Positions 14,254 through 28,476 of a stretch of 64,000 bases of DNA are shown in pieces. A model generated the notes under the pieces. That model was not told the DNA's origin. It saw nothing but the letters and a program-made list of their open reading frames with translations, and ran no database searches. This stretch comes from Macrostomum lignano (taxonomy: Eukaryota), in assembly GCA_002269645.1 (NCBI GenBank), contig NIVC01002178.1:131422-195421 (forward strand). The letters are read 5' to 3'. Numbering within the stretch: the first letter of the stretch is position 1; every line of letters begins with the position of its first letter. The position numbers and the translations under genes were made by a program.

Positions 14254-14920
14254 ATTAACTATTATTTTTAATCTCTCCCAGATGAGTAAAGGAGCAGAGT
14301 CTTCCCCAGAAGGATATTGTGCATGCTATATGAAGGCTGGCAAATTGGAAGATTTGCACCAAAATCGATCCTCTCTGGATGCTCAAGTTATGTCTAAGAC
14401 TCAGAACTGAATTGAAGCAACAGACGAAGTGAGGCCATAAACCTCTCCATATACGTAATGGGGAGCTGTGGAGTTCACTCGTGATGGGATGGGCCTCCCG
14501 CAGGCTTGCAGAGGGGATGAGGATCAGGGCGAGGGCACTTAAGCTGTCAGAAAGGGGATTTCACCTCATGGCGGTCCATGATCGGCTTCGGAATTCTCTT
14601 GGTTTTATTCCCCCAACAATTTGGCTCGGTGGCAACTTTTTATGGCATCCGGGAGTTTTTTTCTCTGTTTGAAGTTATGACGACTGTGCAAATCAACTGG
14701 GATATCAATTCGATTCATAAGCATAAATTGTCCGCCCACCTATTGACAGTTGGAGAGGCGAAAAAATGTGCGCCACTTTGTCGCTTTGCCATGCAATTAG
14801 CGCAGCCAGTTCCATTTGTCTGCTTTTCCAGGCTATGATCAGTGCTAATAAATGCTTTAATTTATTGCCAAGGGGCTTTTTTTACAAGTTTATGGGCGTA
14901 ACATAATTTGTGTCTGTGTG

Positions 14921-15574
14921 TGATGTCTGTAATGTGTCTTTATGGTTTCTTGGTGGTGTCTGTATGGTGTCTACTGTGTCTTTAACGTGTCTGTAACGTG
15001 TCTGTAACGTGTCTGTAATGTGTCAGTAATGTGTCTGCAACGTGTCTGTATGGTTTCTGTTATATGTCAGTAATGTGTCTGTAACGTGTCTGTAACGTGT
15101 CTGAATGGTTTCTGTTATATGTCAGTAATGTTTCTGTAATGTGTCTGTAACGTGTCTGCAACGTGTCTGTAATGTGTCTGCAACGTGTCTGTAATGTGTC
15201 TGTAATGTGTCTGTAACGCGTCTGTAACGCGTCTGTAACGTGTCTGTATGGTTTCTGTTATATGTCAGTAATGTGTCTGTAACGTGTCTGTAACGTGTCT
15301 GTAATGTGTCTGTAATGTGTCTGTAATGTGTCTGTAACGTGTCTGTAACGTGTCTGTAATGTGTCTGTAATGTGTCTGTAATGTGTCTGTAATGTGTCTG
15401 TAATGTGTCTGTAATGTGTCTGTAACGCGTCTGTAACGTGTCTGTATGGTTTCTGTTATATGTCAGTAATGTGTCTGTAACGTGTCTGTAACGTGTCTGT
15501 AATGTGTCTGTAATGTGTCTGTAATGTGTCTGTAATGTGTCTGTAATGTGTCTGTAATGTGTCTGTAACGCGTC
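14921..15574. repeat. 11-bp minisatellite (GTGTCTGTAAT/C)n with a recurring variant block
   Basis: Direct tandem repeat; the variant TGGTTTCTGTTATATGTCAGTAATG recurs four times. Confidence 0.93.
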
Positions 15575-16256
15575 TTTACGGTGTCCGCACGTTGCCCGGA
15601 AGCCCTGTTTCACTGCATCATTGCTGCTGAGGCAGATTTAATCCAATTGAATCCTCAATAATGCACAAGTTGGGCCCGAGCCCGCATTCGAGTCAGTTGT
15701 CAAGCCCGGTCTGGAAAATCCAACTCGAAAGGTTAAGCCGATTCGCCCTATGGGAGACCCATGGATGACCGGCTTTCTTGGAGACCTGTCGGGAAATTGA
15801 ATTTCGCACCGAGGATTTTCCACCATCTTCCCATTCGCGAGGGGGGAGCAGCCGCGAGGCGGTCAGATCTGTCACTAATTTGACAGGGGACATGGCCGAG
15901 GAGAAAATGGGATAATTCACCTCTTGTCTCCCTGAGTCCCTGGGGGTGCCGCTCCCGCTGCTCTTGGGTCAAATTTCAGAGGGCCAAACTGCACTGAGGG
16001 AATATTGAGGTTGAGGGATTTGAGTTCCTGAAACTGAAAATTAGAGAAGACACAAAATAGTGGGGAAATATCGGGTTTAAGATTTCTGGGACTGAAGCTC
16101 TGTTATTGCTAGCGTCCCCGACACTCTACTAGTAGTAGCGAGTAATGCGCATCGCGCCGATTCTGACAGCTTCTTTTTTACCTTTTCTTTATACTGAGAA
16201 TTATACTAAACTGAGAACATTATACGATATTAGACTAAACTCAATTAAATTGCAGT

Positions 16257-16993
16257 GGACTAGACTAGACTAGACTAGATTAGATTAGATTAGATTAGAC
16301 TAAACTAGATTAGATTATATTATATTAGATTAGATTAGATTAGATTAGATTAGATTAGATTAGATTAGATTAGATTAGATTGGATTAAACTAGATTAGAT
16401 TAGATTAGATTGGATAAAACTAGATTAGATTAGATTAGATTAGATAAAACTAGATTAGATTAGATTGGATAAAACTAGAATAGATTAGATAGATCAGATT
16501 AGAATATCTTGGATTAGATCAGATTAGATTAGATTGGATTAGATTAGATTCGATTAGATCAGATCAGATTAGATTGTATTAGATTAGCTTAGCTTAGTCT
16601 GGATTAAATTAGATTAGATTAGATTGGGTTACGTTAGATTAGATCAGACTAGATTGGATTAGATTAGATTGGATTACCTTATATTAGATTAGATTGGATT
16701 ACCTTATATTAGATTAGATAAGATTAGATTAGATTGGATTAGATTATCTTGGATTAGATCAGGTTAGATTAGATTGGATTGGATTAGATTAGATTAGATC
16801 AGATCAGATTAGTATAGATTGGATTAGATTAGATTGGATTAGATTGGATTAAATTAGATTAGATTAGATTAGATTAGATTAGATCAGATCAGATTAGATT
16901 GGATTAAATTAGATTAGATTAGATTAGATCAGATCAGATTAGATTGGATTAGATTGGATTAGATTAGATTAGATTAGATTATATAAATATTAG
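16257..16993. repeat. (TTAGA)n pentamer microsatellite
   Basis: Degenerate direct repeat with TTGGA/TCAGA variants. Confidence 0.95.
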
Positions 16994-17698
16994 ATCCCAT
17001 CTCCCTGAGCCGAAAGTCTGACAGGCTGTCTAACCCCCCTCCCCAGTTTTATCCCAAATTGATTTTTCAGTCGCGGGTTCACTGTGATGCAAGGACCAAC
17101 AAGCAGGTAAAGCCTCCCATTGTTAACCTGATCCCTCTGTGCCAACTTTAGCCTCAAACTCAAGATTCCTCTCTCTCTCTTCCTTCAGCATCCCGCGCTG
17201 CATCCTGAGCAGCATTCCCCATCAACTCTCAATAGGGGATTTGTTTAGCTGCAAGCTGCAATCCCCTTAGAAAAATCTTACTTCTGTCTGCCGTCTAGGC
17301 CCCAGAATCAGTTTTTGCTCAGGTGAGCTTGAAGGTGTCGGATTGCACTGGGGCACCCAAAAACACGGAGGACCGGAGGGGTTCTGGGGTGGCTGCCCCC
17401 CCCCCCCGGTGCAGCGCTGTATTTGCTTTGATTTACTTCTACCAAGGGCTGGCTTGATGGCCCCTGTTTGAACTAATTAATTTAAATGACGCCAACTGAA
17501 GTTGTGGCTGCTGCCTGAGCAATTTGTCCAGCTGTCGGGGGGGGGGGGTGGTGAATCAGACAGCCCTTGTAAATCAGCGACAACTTTAAAAACTTGTTTC
17601 TGTTTTGCATTGAAGAACATGAAATATTTGTGACTGAAGCTTTTGTTTAACTAGCGACAGCTTGGACCTGACAGCTTTGCATTCCTGCTGGCCTAGCT

Positions 17699-19865
<2,167 letters not shown>

Positions 19866-20391
19866 ATCATTCGACTATCAGTCTATCTGTTTCTGCCTGC
19901 TTTCCTGCCAGGCCGTCTCTTCCATCCCCACCACTTTCACGCTCCCCAATCCTCATTCAGACTCAGCCATCGGCAGTCCCGCCGCGCCATCGCAGGAAGC
20001 TGTTTGCGCAGCCCGCACCTGCTCGGCAACCCGACACTGCAGCGCCATCCAACGCAGGCAGCAAAACTCTGTTGAATGAGAAATTTGAGCACCGTCTGGT
20101 TTGAGTTGGTGGTGAGGGGAGGGGGGCGATGCTGTGGTTGCGCCAGATTTGCCAAACTCTGGTGTTGTTGCTGAGTTGACAAACGGCTGACGGAAGCAAT
20201 CGGGCGAGCGGTCTCTAAACTGCCGCTATGCCAGCCAGCAGAGCTTTTGTTAAAAGCAAACGAAGGAAATGTTGAGTTAAGCAGCTGAAGCTGACTGTGT
20301 TGGAGACGAATTTTTAGTTGGGAAAAATCTGATGGTTGGTGGTAGGAAGAGAATTGAAATGAGGGTGAGAAAAGTGGGAATTGAGAAGTAG

Positions 20392-20652
20392 AGGAAGCAG
20401 AGAGGGGGAAGCAGAGAGGGGGAACAGAGAGGGAGAAGCGGAGAGGGGAAGCAGAGAGGGGGAAGCGGGGAAGGGGAAGCAGAGAGGGGGAAGCGGGGAA
20501 GGGGAAGCAGAGAGGGGGAAGCGGAGATGGGAAGCAGAGAGGGGGAAGCGGAGAGGGGGAAACACAGAGGGGGAAGCGGAGAGGGGAAGCAGAGAGGGGG
20601 AAGCGGGGAGGGGGATAGCGGGGAAGGGGAAGCAGACAGAGGGGAGCGGAGG
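20392..20652. repeat. G/A-rich degenerate repeat (GGGGGAAGCAGAGA)n
   Basis: Direct degenerate repeat. Confidence 0.85.
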
Positions 20653-22071
20653 GGGTGATGAGGACTCAGATGCTGACAGACAAAAAAAACTTCGAGAAAA
20701 ATCAATCTAACGGAAGAAGAAATACTTCCAAAATCAATCTGCGCCCCAAAGGAACCACGAGAAGAACTATACCGGTACAGGTGAAAAAGTCAGTTTAGTC
20801 AGGCCCAAGACATTCCGGGCCAGCTTTTGCTGTCTCCAGTAGGAGATTTTCCACTGATACAGGGAGCAAGGCAGCGGCAGAGATGAAGCGAAGGAGATGA
20901 AGAGACGGGAAGATTCGGGCGGACCGATATGACAAAATGTATCGGCGTAGCGGATAGATGGAGCAACGCGGAGAGGCTGAGGCTATTGGGTTTCAGTGAA
21001 CCCCCGGTGCGTTTTTTGCGTTTGAGCCCCTCTAAAAAAAGCGGCCCAACTCACGGCGCATGTTGGCTGAAGACTCATAATGTAATCTTTTGTCGGTGGG
21101 AGAGGGGGGTAGCGATCTCAGGAATCGAGCGGTGGACCCTCCGGGGAGGGACTCCGCCTATGAAATCTAAAATAAAGCGAACCCAAAACCCCATTGTGAC
21201 ATTTTCATTCGAGATGTAAAGAATTCAACCCTGCCCCCCCCTGAGAAGTGGCGGATCATTAAAGCAGATTTGTTGTGTTTCTTCCCGCGCTCTCTTTCAG
21301 CACTGGGGCTTCACCCGTTGCCGCAGGCAGACACAGTCGGCGGCGATAATTAATTTGCTGGAGCAGCCGGAGCTGCAAGAAAAATAACACACAAGAGAAG
21401 CAAACTGAAGCACTCGAATATAAATGGCAGGTTTTGAGTTCTCTGGCTTGGAGCAACAATGGAGAGATGAAGTTGGGAGTTTGGCCGAACGCTTTGGTGG
21501 AGGCGGAGGCGGCAGCCACTCAAGTCCGGCTCCCGCCAGCTCAAATGTCAGAGGAGGGTGGGGAGGCGTCTCGATCTCCGGTCATGCATTCATAATTAGC
21601 CGTTAATGACATCTCATTCATACAGTTGATGAAGCGATTGGGGAGGCTGCAAGGATTTCTTCGCGTGTCTCTTCGTATCTTATCAATTTGGTGGATTGTT
21701 TTTCAGTAATTCTCCCCAACATCTTTTATCCCCGACGCCGCTAAAATTCCGCTCCGTTAATCCCATCGATAATTCCTTGCCCGCCTCCGCCGGCCCCCCC
21801 CCCGCTGTCCGCCAGGACTCGCTAATTCAATGAAGCGCCTCCCCCACCTGAGTTTGGCGCCCCACACGGAATCGAAGCTCAGGCAACTTTTTTGCTATTC
21901 TTCTTTCTGCCTGCTTTTCTAAAGCAATTGTTTGGGAAATCTCTGCTTCACAGACAGATCTGTCTTCTTTTTGTCTGCATCCTGCGCCTTTCGATTCGGG
22001 TTCTTCAATGCCTGCGTCTGCCTATCTGTGTCTCTAGATTGTTTTAATATTATTTTTAGTGTATCTCACAT

Positions 22072-22386
22072 TTATTCTCTCCATTATCTCACCCTTAATC
22101 TCACGATTCTCTCACCCTTACTTTCACAATTTACCACCCTTAATTTCACAATTATCTCACCCTTATTATCAAGATTATCTCACCCTTATTCTCTCGATTA
22201 TCTCATCCTCATTATCAAGATTATCTCACCCTTATTCTCTCGATTATCTCACCCTCATTATCAAGATTATCTCACCCTTATTCTCTCGATTATCTCACCC
22301 TCATTATCAATATTATCTCACCCTTTTTCTCACTATTATCCCACCCTTATTCTCACGATTATTTCATCCTTAATCTCACGACTCTC
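22072..22386. repeat. Degenerate ~21-bp repeat (ATTATCTCACCCTTATTCTCTCG-like)
   Basis: Direct degenerate repeat just upstream of the Six-A promoter. Confidence 0.8.
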
Positions 22387-22529
22387 TCGCCTCTTCACTC
22401 AAATGGTGCAGTGTAATCTTTTTGCTTCAGCATTAAATCAAACTGCAATATCTGCCATCTTTCTCCCTCCCTCAAAGCAATGGAGCCTTCCTTCCTGCAG
22501 TGCTGCTTCGCAAACTGTGGCGTCCCCTG

Positions 22530-22763
22530 CCCCCAGCCAATCAGCTCTCTATCAGCCAATCCCTTTCGCTCTCTCCTCTCCATTTCTTTCTCCTGCAGCG
22601 GAGCCGCCCCCCTCCCACCAACCTCCGGTCCCGAGCGCGAAGAGCAAAAACTTTTAAAATCCAAGCGTTTACGCCGGCCATTGAAAAGCCTTGCAAACAA
22701 ACCTGATAGCCTTCGCTTTGAAACTCGAGACAGCCGCTCTCTCGATCCTCAGGCTTAGACCAG
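22530..22763 (+). promoter_or_regulatory. Putative Six-A proximal promoter/5'UTR: two CCAAT boxes (22537, 22556) and a SIX-type site CAAACCTGATA (22698-22708)
   Basis: Motifs are seen directly upstream of the CDS; CAGCCAATCAG is shared with the Six-B upstream region. The TSS is unknown. Confidence 0.5.
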
Positions 22764-22826
22764 GTAATCTTATCATCTCGGTGCTTGACAATAGCAACTA
22801 GGGTTGTCTGTCTGGCCGGTGCACAG
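22764..22826 (+). other. Putative 63-nt 5'UTR intron of Six-A
   Basis: CAG|GTAATC donor and GCACAG| acceptor 8 nt before the ATG; a positionally equivalent intron is present in Six-B. Confidence 0.45.
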
Positions 22827-22834
22827 GTGGAATA

Positions 22835-23505
22835 ATGATACAGGAGTTCGCTGGACCTGCGGTGCCCTACCACCATCAGCAGCAGCCGCCGCCTCCACCG
22901 CCGCCACCGCAGCAGCAGCAGCAGCAGCAGCAGCATCAACTGTCTCTGGGCTCTGGCGGATCCTTCGGCTTCACCCAGGAGCAGGTCGCCTGCGTTTGCG
23001 AAGTTCTTCAACAGAGCGGCAGCGTCGACCGTCTGGCCAGATTTCTCTGGTCGCTGCCGCAGTGCGACCAGCTGCACAAGAATGAGAGCGTCATCAAAGC
23101 CAAGGCCATGGTGGCCTTCCACAGGGGCAACTTCAAGGAGCTCTACAGGCTGGTGGAGAGCTACAGCTTCGCGCCGCAGAACCACGCCAGGCTGCAGGAG
23201 CTGTGGCTCAAGGCGCACTACATCGAGGCTGAGAAGCTGCGCGGCCGGCCCCTCGGAGCTGTAGGCAAGTATCGCGTCCGCAAGAAGTTCCCGCTGCCCC
23301 GGACCATCTGGGACGGCGAGGAGACCTCCTACTGCTTCAAGGAGAAGTCCAGAAATGTGCTGCGCGAGTGGTACACGCACAACCCCTACCCGTCACCGAG
23401 GGAGAAGCGAGAGCTGGCCGAGGCAACCGGCCTCACCACCACCCAGGTGTCCAACTGGTTCAAGAACCGGAGACAGCGGGACCGGGCGAGTGACGTGAAG
23501 GACGG
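22835..23505 (+). CDS. six1/2: Six1/2 (sine oculis class) homeobox gene A, coding exon 1 (SIX domain + homeodomain)
   Basis: SIX domain [13 protein letters not shown]...[13 protein letters not shown] and homeodomain [13 protein letters not shown]...[10 protein letters not shown] (K50). The ETSY tetrapeptide is diagnostic of Six1/2. The exon ends at a GG|GTGAGT donor (phase 2), the position of the vertebrate SIX1 intron. Confidence 0.97.
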
Positions 23506-23546
23506 GTGAGTTGGGGATCCTTGTGGGCTCTCATGTCTCTGTCTGT

Positions 23547-23750
23547 CCACCCGTCTGTTCATTCCCGCTCCCAACCGTCTGTTCATTCCCATTCCCACTC
23601 TCTCCCGTCTGTTCATTCCCGCTCCCTCCCGTCTGTTCATTCCCGCTCTCTCCCGTCTGTTCATTCCCGCTCCAAACCCTCTGTTCATTCCCGCTCTCTC
23701 CCGTCTGTTCATTCCCGCTCCAAACCCTCTGTTCATTCCCGCTCTCTCCC
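23547..23750. repeat. 24-bp minisatellite (CTGTTCATTCCCGCTCTCTCCCGT)n at the start of the Six-A intron
   Basis: Direct repeat starting about 40 nt after the donor. Confidence 0.9.
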
Positions 23751-24399
23751 CTCATCTCCGTTTCTTCATTCCCATTCTCTCAGTCCCTATAACATTTGCA
23801 CTTTGAGATGTGAACAATAGTTGAATATTCAATAAAGAAAATTGAAGGTTTTAAATAGCAAATTGGCTACGGTGCCAAAAGAAAAAGCGAGTGAGAGAAA
23901 GAGAGTGGGAAATTGCTGAGATGAACTGGTAAAATTTATGTTGCAAATATTTCATACGCCCCCCTGTATAACAAACGGCTTAAATCGGCATGGCAAGCAA
24001 GTATAACAAATGACGCTTTTGCCGCGCCATTACTTTCATGTGTTTTCTGTTTTGCTAACGCCTTCCCGTTAACTTTCTCAATCGGTTACAGTTGCTCCAG
24101 CGGCAGCTTAGTAGCGCCTAAGGTTTTTTGTAGCAAACTTACTTCTTTTGGTTATAATAATGTTAATGCGACTTCTCCATTTCTCCGCTCGTTCTTGTCG
24201 CTTCTGAAAGCAGAATTTCTGCCTCAATTTTTCGTTGCAACAATTAAATATTCATTTGTTTATTTGCTTGACTTCATCTATTGCCCAATATTTTCTTCAT
24301 ATAACTTTGCTTGTACGAGTGGAAGAGGTGAGAATGCACTAGAAGATTAAGACAACCCAGAAATTGCGTCAGTGGAGAATCCCAAGGAGAAAAATACAG

Positions 24400-24634
24400 G
24401 GTAGAGATAGACAATGGAGAGATAGACAGGGGAGAGATAGACAGGGGAGAGATAGACAGGGAAGAGATAGACAGGGGTGAGATAGACAGGGGAGAGATAG
24501 ACAGGGGAGAGATAGACAGGGGAGAGATAGACAGGGGAGAGATAGACAGGGGTGAGATAGACAGGGGAGAGATAGACAGGGAAGAGATAGACATGGGTGA
24601 GATAGACAGGGGAGAGATAGACAGGGAAGAGATA
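24400..24634. repeat. 15-bp minisatellite (ACAGGGGAGAGATAG)n
   Basis: Direct repeat. Confidence 0.93.
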
Positions 24635-25244
24635 GCCAGAGGCCTGTCTCAAGCCAGGATGAAGACCCCAAACAAGCAGGCAGCGGCACGAAAAGCAGAA
24701 TCAAGTAGTGGCATGGAGTGAATCGGAGAAAAGGAAGCGCGCTACAATATTAACGAAAAAATGTTAATCAACCAACAGCCCCCACCCGGCACAAGCGAGG
24801 CCGCAGTCCCGACTGTCACTCTATACAATAAATAAAGCTGCGTGTTGAAGGCACCAACCGTTTCTCTGCCTGGCGCAGAGTGGCACGAAGTGGTCAAAAT
24901 GCTCTCTTATATTTCGAGCCGTTGCTTGCGGTTACCGCAGCTCATAAATAAGGCTGAAATCGAGCAAACCGACCCACGGCTGAACTCGGCAAGATGACAC
25001 CGAGAGGGTAGCCTGAGTTGTAGGGGGGGGGGGGGGTCATCCGAAACCGCGTAGGAGCAATCAGAGTGTTTAAAGTGATTAAACTGTTTAATTAGCTATT
25101 TAAATTAGTGCCTTTTTATAACAAATCTGATATGCGAGTAGAAAACTTACTATGAAATAACTTTGTTTTGGGCACATTGGTTCGTTTTTCGACTACTTGG
25201 ATGGCCGACCATAATTAGTAACGAGTTTAGTATTAGTAATGCAT

Positions 25245-25745
25245 ATTCTATCTCTCCTCCGGCCATTATCTATCATTCAGTCTATTCTATTCTATCTCTC
25301 CTCCGGCCATTATATATCATTCATTCTATTCTATTCTATCTCTTCTCCGGCCATTATCTATCATTCAGTCTATTCTATTCTATCTCTCCTCCGGCCATTA
25401 TCTATCATTCAGTCTATTCTATTCTATCTCTCCTCCGGCCATTATCTATCATTCAGTCTATTCTATTCTATCTCTCCTCCGGCCATTATATATCATTCAT
25501 TCTATTCTATTCTATTCTATTCTATCTCTTCTCCGGCCATTATCTATCATTCAGTCTATTCTATTCTATCTCTCCTCCGGCCATTATCTATCATTCAGTC
25601 TATTCTATTCTATCTCTACTCCGGCCATTATCTATCATTCAGTCTATTCTATTCTATCTATCCTCCGGCCATTATATATCATTCAGTCTATTCTATTCTA
25701 TATCTCCTCCGGCCATTATCTATCATTCAGTCTATTCTTTTAATC
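25245..25745. repeat. 44-bp minisatellite (CCGGCCATTATCTATCATTCAGTCTATTCTATTCTATCTCTCCT)n
   Basis: Period 44 between copies at 25391 and 25435; decays to about 25960. Confidence 0.93.
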
Positions 25746-26088
25746 TCTGTTCCTGATATTATATCTCAATGATTCTATTTCATTCTATCTCTATTCCTAC
25801 GATTATTATCTCACAATTTCTATTTTAAATTCTATCTTTATTTCCGCCATTGTATCTCATTCATTCTATTCTATTCTATCTTCATTTCTGCCAATATATC
25901 TCATTGATTCTATTCCTTTTCACCTCTATTCCTGCCACTATATTTCACTCTATTATTCAATTTTCTTCAATCCAATTTCTCCTGTTCAGAAGCCACAGTT
26001 ACTGACCCTGTTTCGCATAGCATAGGTTATTCTGAATATTTAGATTTTGTTTAGGGCTGAATGAGGCAGGCTGGAAAGAGAAATACCT

Positions 26089-26126
26089 ATAAATCAGATC
26101 ATAAATCAGGTCAGAAAGCTTGACAG
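26089..26126. promoter_or_regulatory. Candidate intronic TALE/Hox module: 2x TGATTTAT (minus strand) plus TGACAG
   Basis: ATAAATCA at 26089-26096 and 26101-26108; TGACAG at 26121-26126. Motif match only. Confidence 0.35.
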
Positions 26127-26680
26127 GCGCACACACAACAGCACACAATAGCAAACAGCACGCAGTCAGAGGACGGTCCCAGCGGTAACCAATGTCCGGG
26201 TCAATCTCAGGACAAAACCTTTACAGGGGAGGAGGAGAAGGAAAGTGAGAGAGCGAGAGAGGCGACCCAGATCCCGGACCCGGTTGGCTGGCTTCTCCTA
26301 TAGGGGATCCTCAGTCTGATTGCTGCGCCGTAGGCTGTGTGGCGCGGGGCTCAGCGATGCCACGGAAGTGAAACCTGAGCTCACAGCAATGCGCAGACCC
26401 GACATCAGTTACTCCCTATCGCAATTTTTTTCTAGAGAGAGAAAACAGGGACCGAAAGACAGGGGGGGGGACTGCGGCGCTTCTGCTTTGCTGGTCCCGC
26501 TATTTCCTGACACATTGTCCTCCAACCAAACCCCCAACCCGCCTGAACACCACCATTTCCGGACTACTGGTGTCGGAGCAACTTCTCAGCTGATTTATAA
26601 CTTCTTTAATGGATTTCGGGAGCTTAAATTGGGATATTAAACGCGAATGTTAACTGACTGGCTGTGTGAACTAGCTGTGA

Positions 26681-27556
26681 GGATCTGAGGGAGCTGAGGG
26701 ATCTGAGGGATCTGAGGGATCTGAGGATCTGAGGTAATCTGAGAGATCTGAGGTAATCTGAGAGATCTGAGGTAATCTGAGAGATCTGAGGTAATCTGAG
26801 AGATCTGAGGGATCTGAGGGATCTGAGGGATCTGAGGGATCTGAGGGATCTGAGGGATCTGAGGGATCTGAGGGATCTGAGGGATCTGAGGGATCTGAGG
26901 GATCTGAGGGATCTGAGGGATCTGAGGGATCTGAGGGATCTGAGGGATCTGAGGGATCTGAGGGATCTGAGGGATCTGAGGGAGCTGAGGGATCTGATGG
27001 ATCTGAGAGATCTGAGGTAATCTGAGAGATCTGAGGGATCTGAGGGATCTGAGGGATCTGAGGTAATCTGAGGGATCTGAGGTAATCTGAGAGATCTGAG
27101 GTAATCTGAGAGATCTGAGGTAATCTGAGAGAGCTGAGGGATCTGAGGGATCTGAGGGATCTGATGGATCTGAGAGATCTGAGGTAATCTGAGAGATCTG
27201 AGGGATCTGAGGGATCTGAGGGATCTGAGGGATCTGAGGTAATCTGAGGGATCTGAGGTAATCTGAGAGATCTGAGGTAATCTGAGAGATCTGAGGTAAT
27301 CTGAGAGAGCTGAGGGATCTGAGGGATCTGAGGGATCTGAGGGATCTGATGGATCTGAGGGATCTGAGGGATCTGAGGGATCTGAGGGATCTGAGGGATC
27401 TGATGGATCTGAGGGATCTGAGGTAATCTGAGGGATCTGAGGAAGCTGAGGGAGCTGAGGGATCTGAGGAATCTGAGGGATCTGAGGAAGCTGAGGGAGC
27501 TGAGGGATCTGAGGGATCTGAGGAAGCTGAGGGAGCTGAGGGATCTGAGGAATCTG
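26681..27556. repeat. (GAGGGATCT)n 9-bp / (GAGGTAATCTGAGAGATCT)n 19-bp compound minisatellite
   Basis: Direct repeat. Confidence 0.95.
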
Positions 27557-28476
27557 AGTATCAGAAAAAAATAGTACCGAGTAATGAAAAGCACCCAGCG
27601 CAGTCTACAGGAAGTTGCTGATACACAAAAAGTCGAGCACTGGATGAAGTTGCGCTCTTTTATTGGAAAAGATCAGCAAGGAGACCTGTCAGCTCGGCTC
27701 TCTTGGCCTGTCCGCACCACACAGATTTGAGGGACGTGGAGGGAAATACGGGAAGCCAAAAGAAGAGAGAAAGGGAAAGAGAAAGCGGGCAAACAGCGCG
27801 AAGCCCCTACGGTGGCGCAAGTTGTGTATTTTTGTGGCCCAGTGGCCTGCCGTCACCTGGGCCTCTTCTGTTTGTGTTCCATTCGCTCCGCCCCAGCCTC
27901 CGCGCCTCATCTCCGTCTCCATCTATCCCCGCACCCGGTCTCTGCGTCTCTCAGCTCTATAAGTTACGGTAGCGGGACACAGTTTATGCTGATCCCAAGG
28001 ATTCCAAGGGGATTCCAGTGGCCTGGGGAAGCCGTTAAAAATTGGCAGGCCGGTCAATTCCGGGAGCTCCTCCGCCTTTGCTGGCCGGGGGGGGGCGGCA
28101 GGCCACCACAAATAATCATTGCTGCATTGATGGGCGCAGGAAAGCAGATAGAGGCCAGATTAAACGGATGCTGACGGTATTTTCTGGTGATTATGATGGG
28201 GCGGGAAAGAGTTTGGATTCTGTTTGGTATCTGGGTTGTGGATCGAGGCAGCCTCGAAATTTCCAGCCAGTGCAGCACCTGCGCCTGCATTTGCCTGTTC
28301 TTTCTAAGAAAAAAGTTTCTAAGAAATTCTAAGAGAACTCAGGCACTCATTCACACGCTCACAGAGGGTGTACAGCGGCCCTGACTTCCTAATCCTCAGG
28401 CATGTACAGTCTCTCTGTGGCTCGGGAGCTGGCCACCAGCGCCTTCCTCACCCAACCTAACCATCCACAATTTCAG

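Noticed and set aside
16257-16993. (TTAGA)n as interstitial telomeric repeat
   Set aside because: The unit lacks the G-run of TTAGGG/TTAGG and is flanked by ordinary unique DNA; treated as a microsatellite.
22541-23380. Minus-strand 279-aa ORF, and likewise 52594-53046
   Set aside because: Antisense shadows of the GC3-rich Six exons.
23506-23509. ORF-track stops at 23509 and 53175 as true ends of the Six proteins
   Set aside because: The TGA is part of the GTGAGT splice donor in both genes, and phase-compatible second exons exist.
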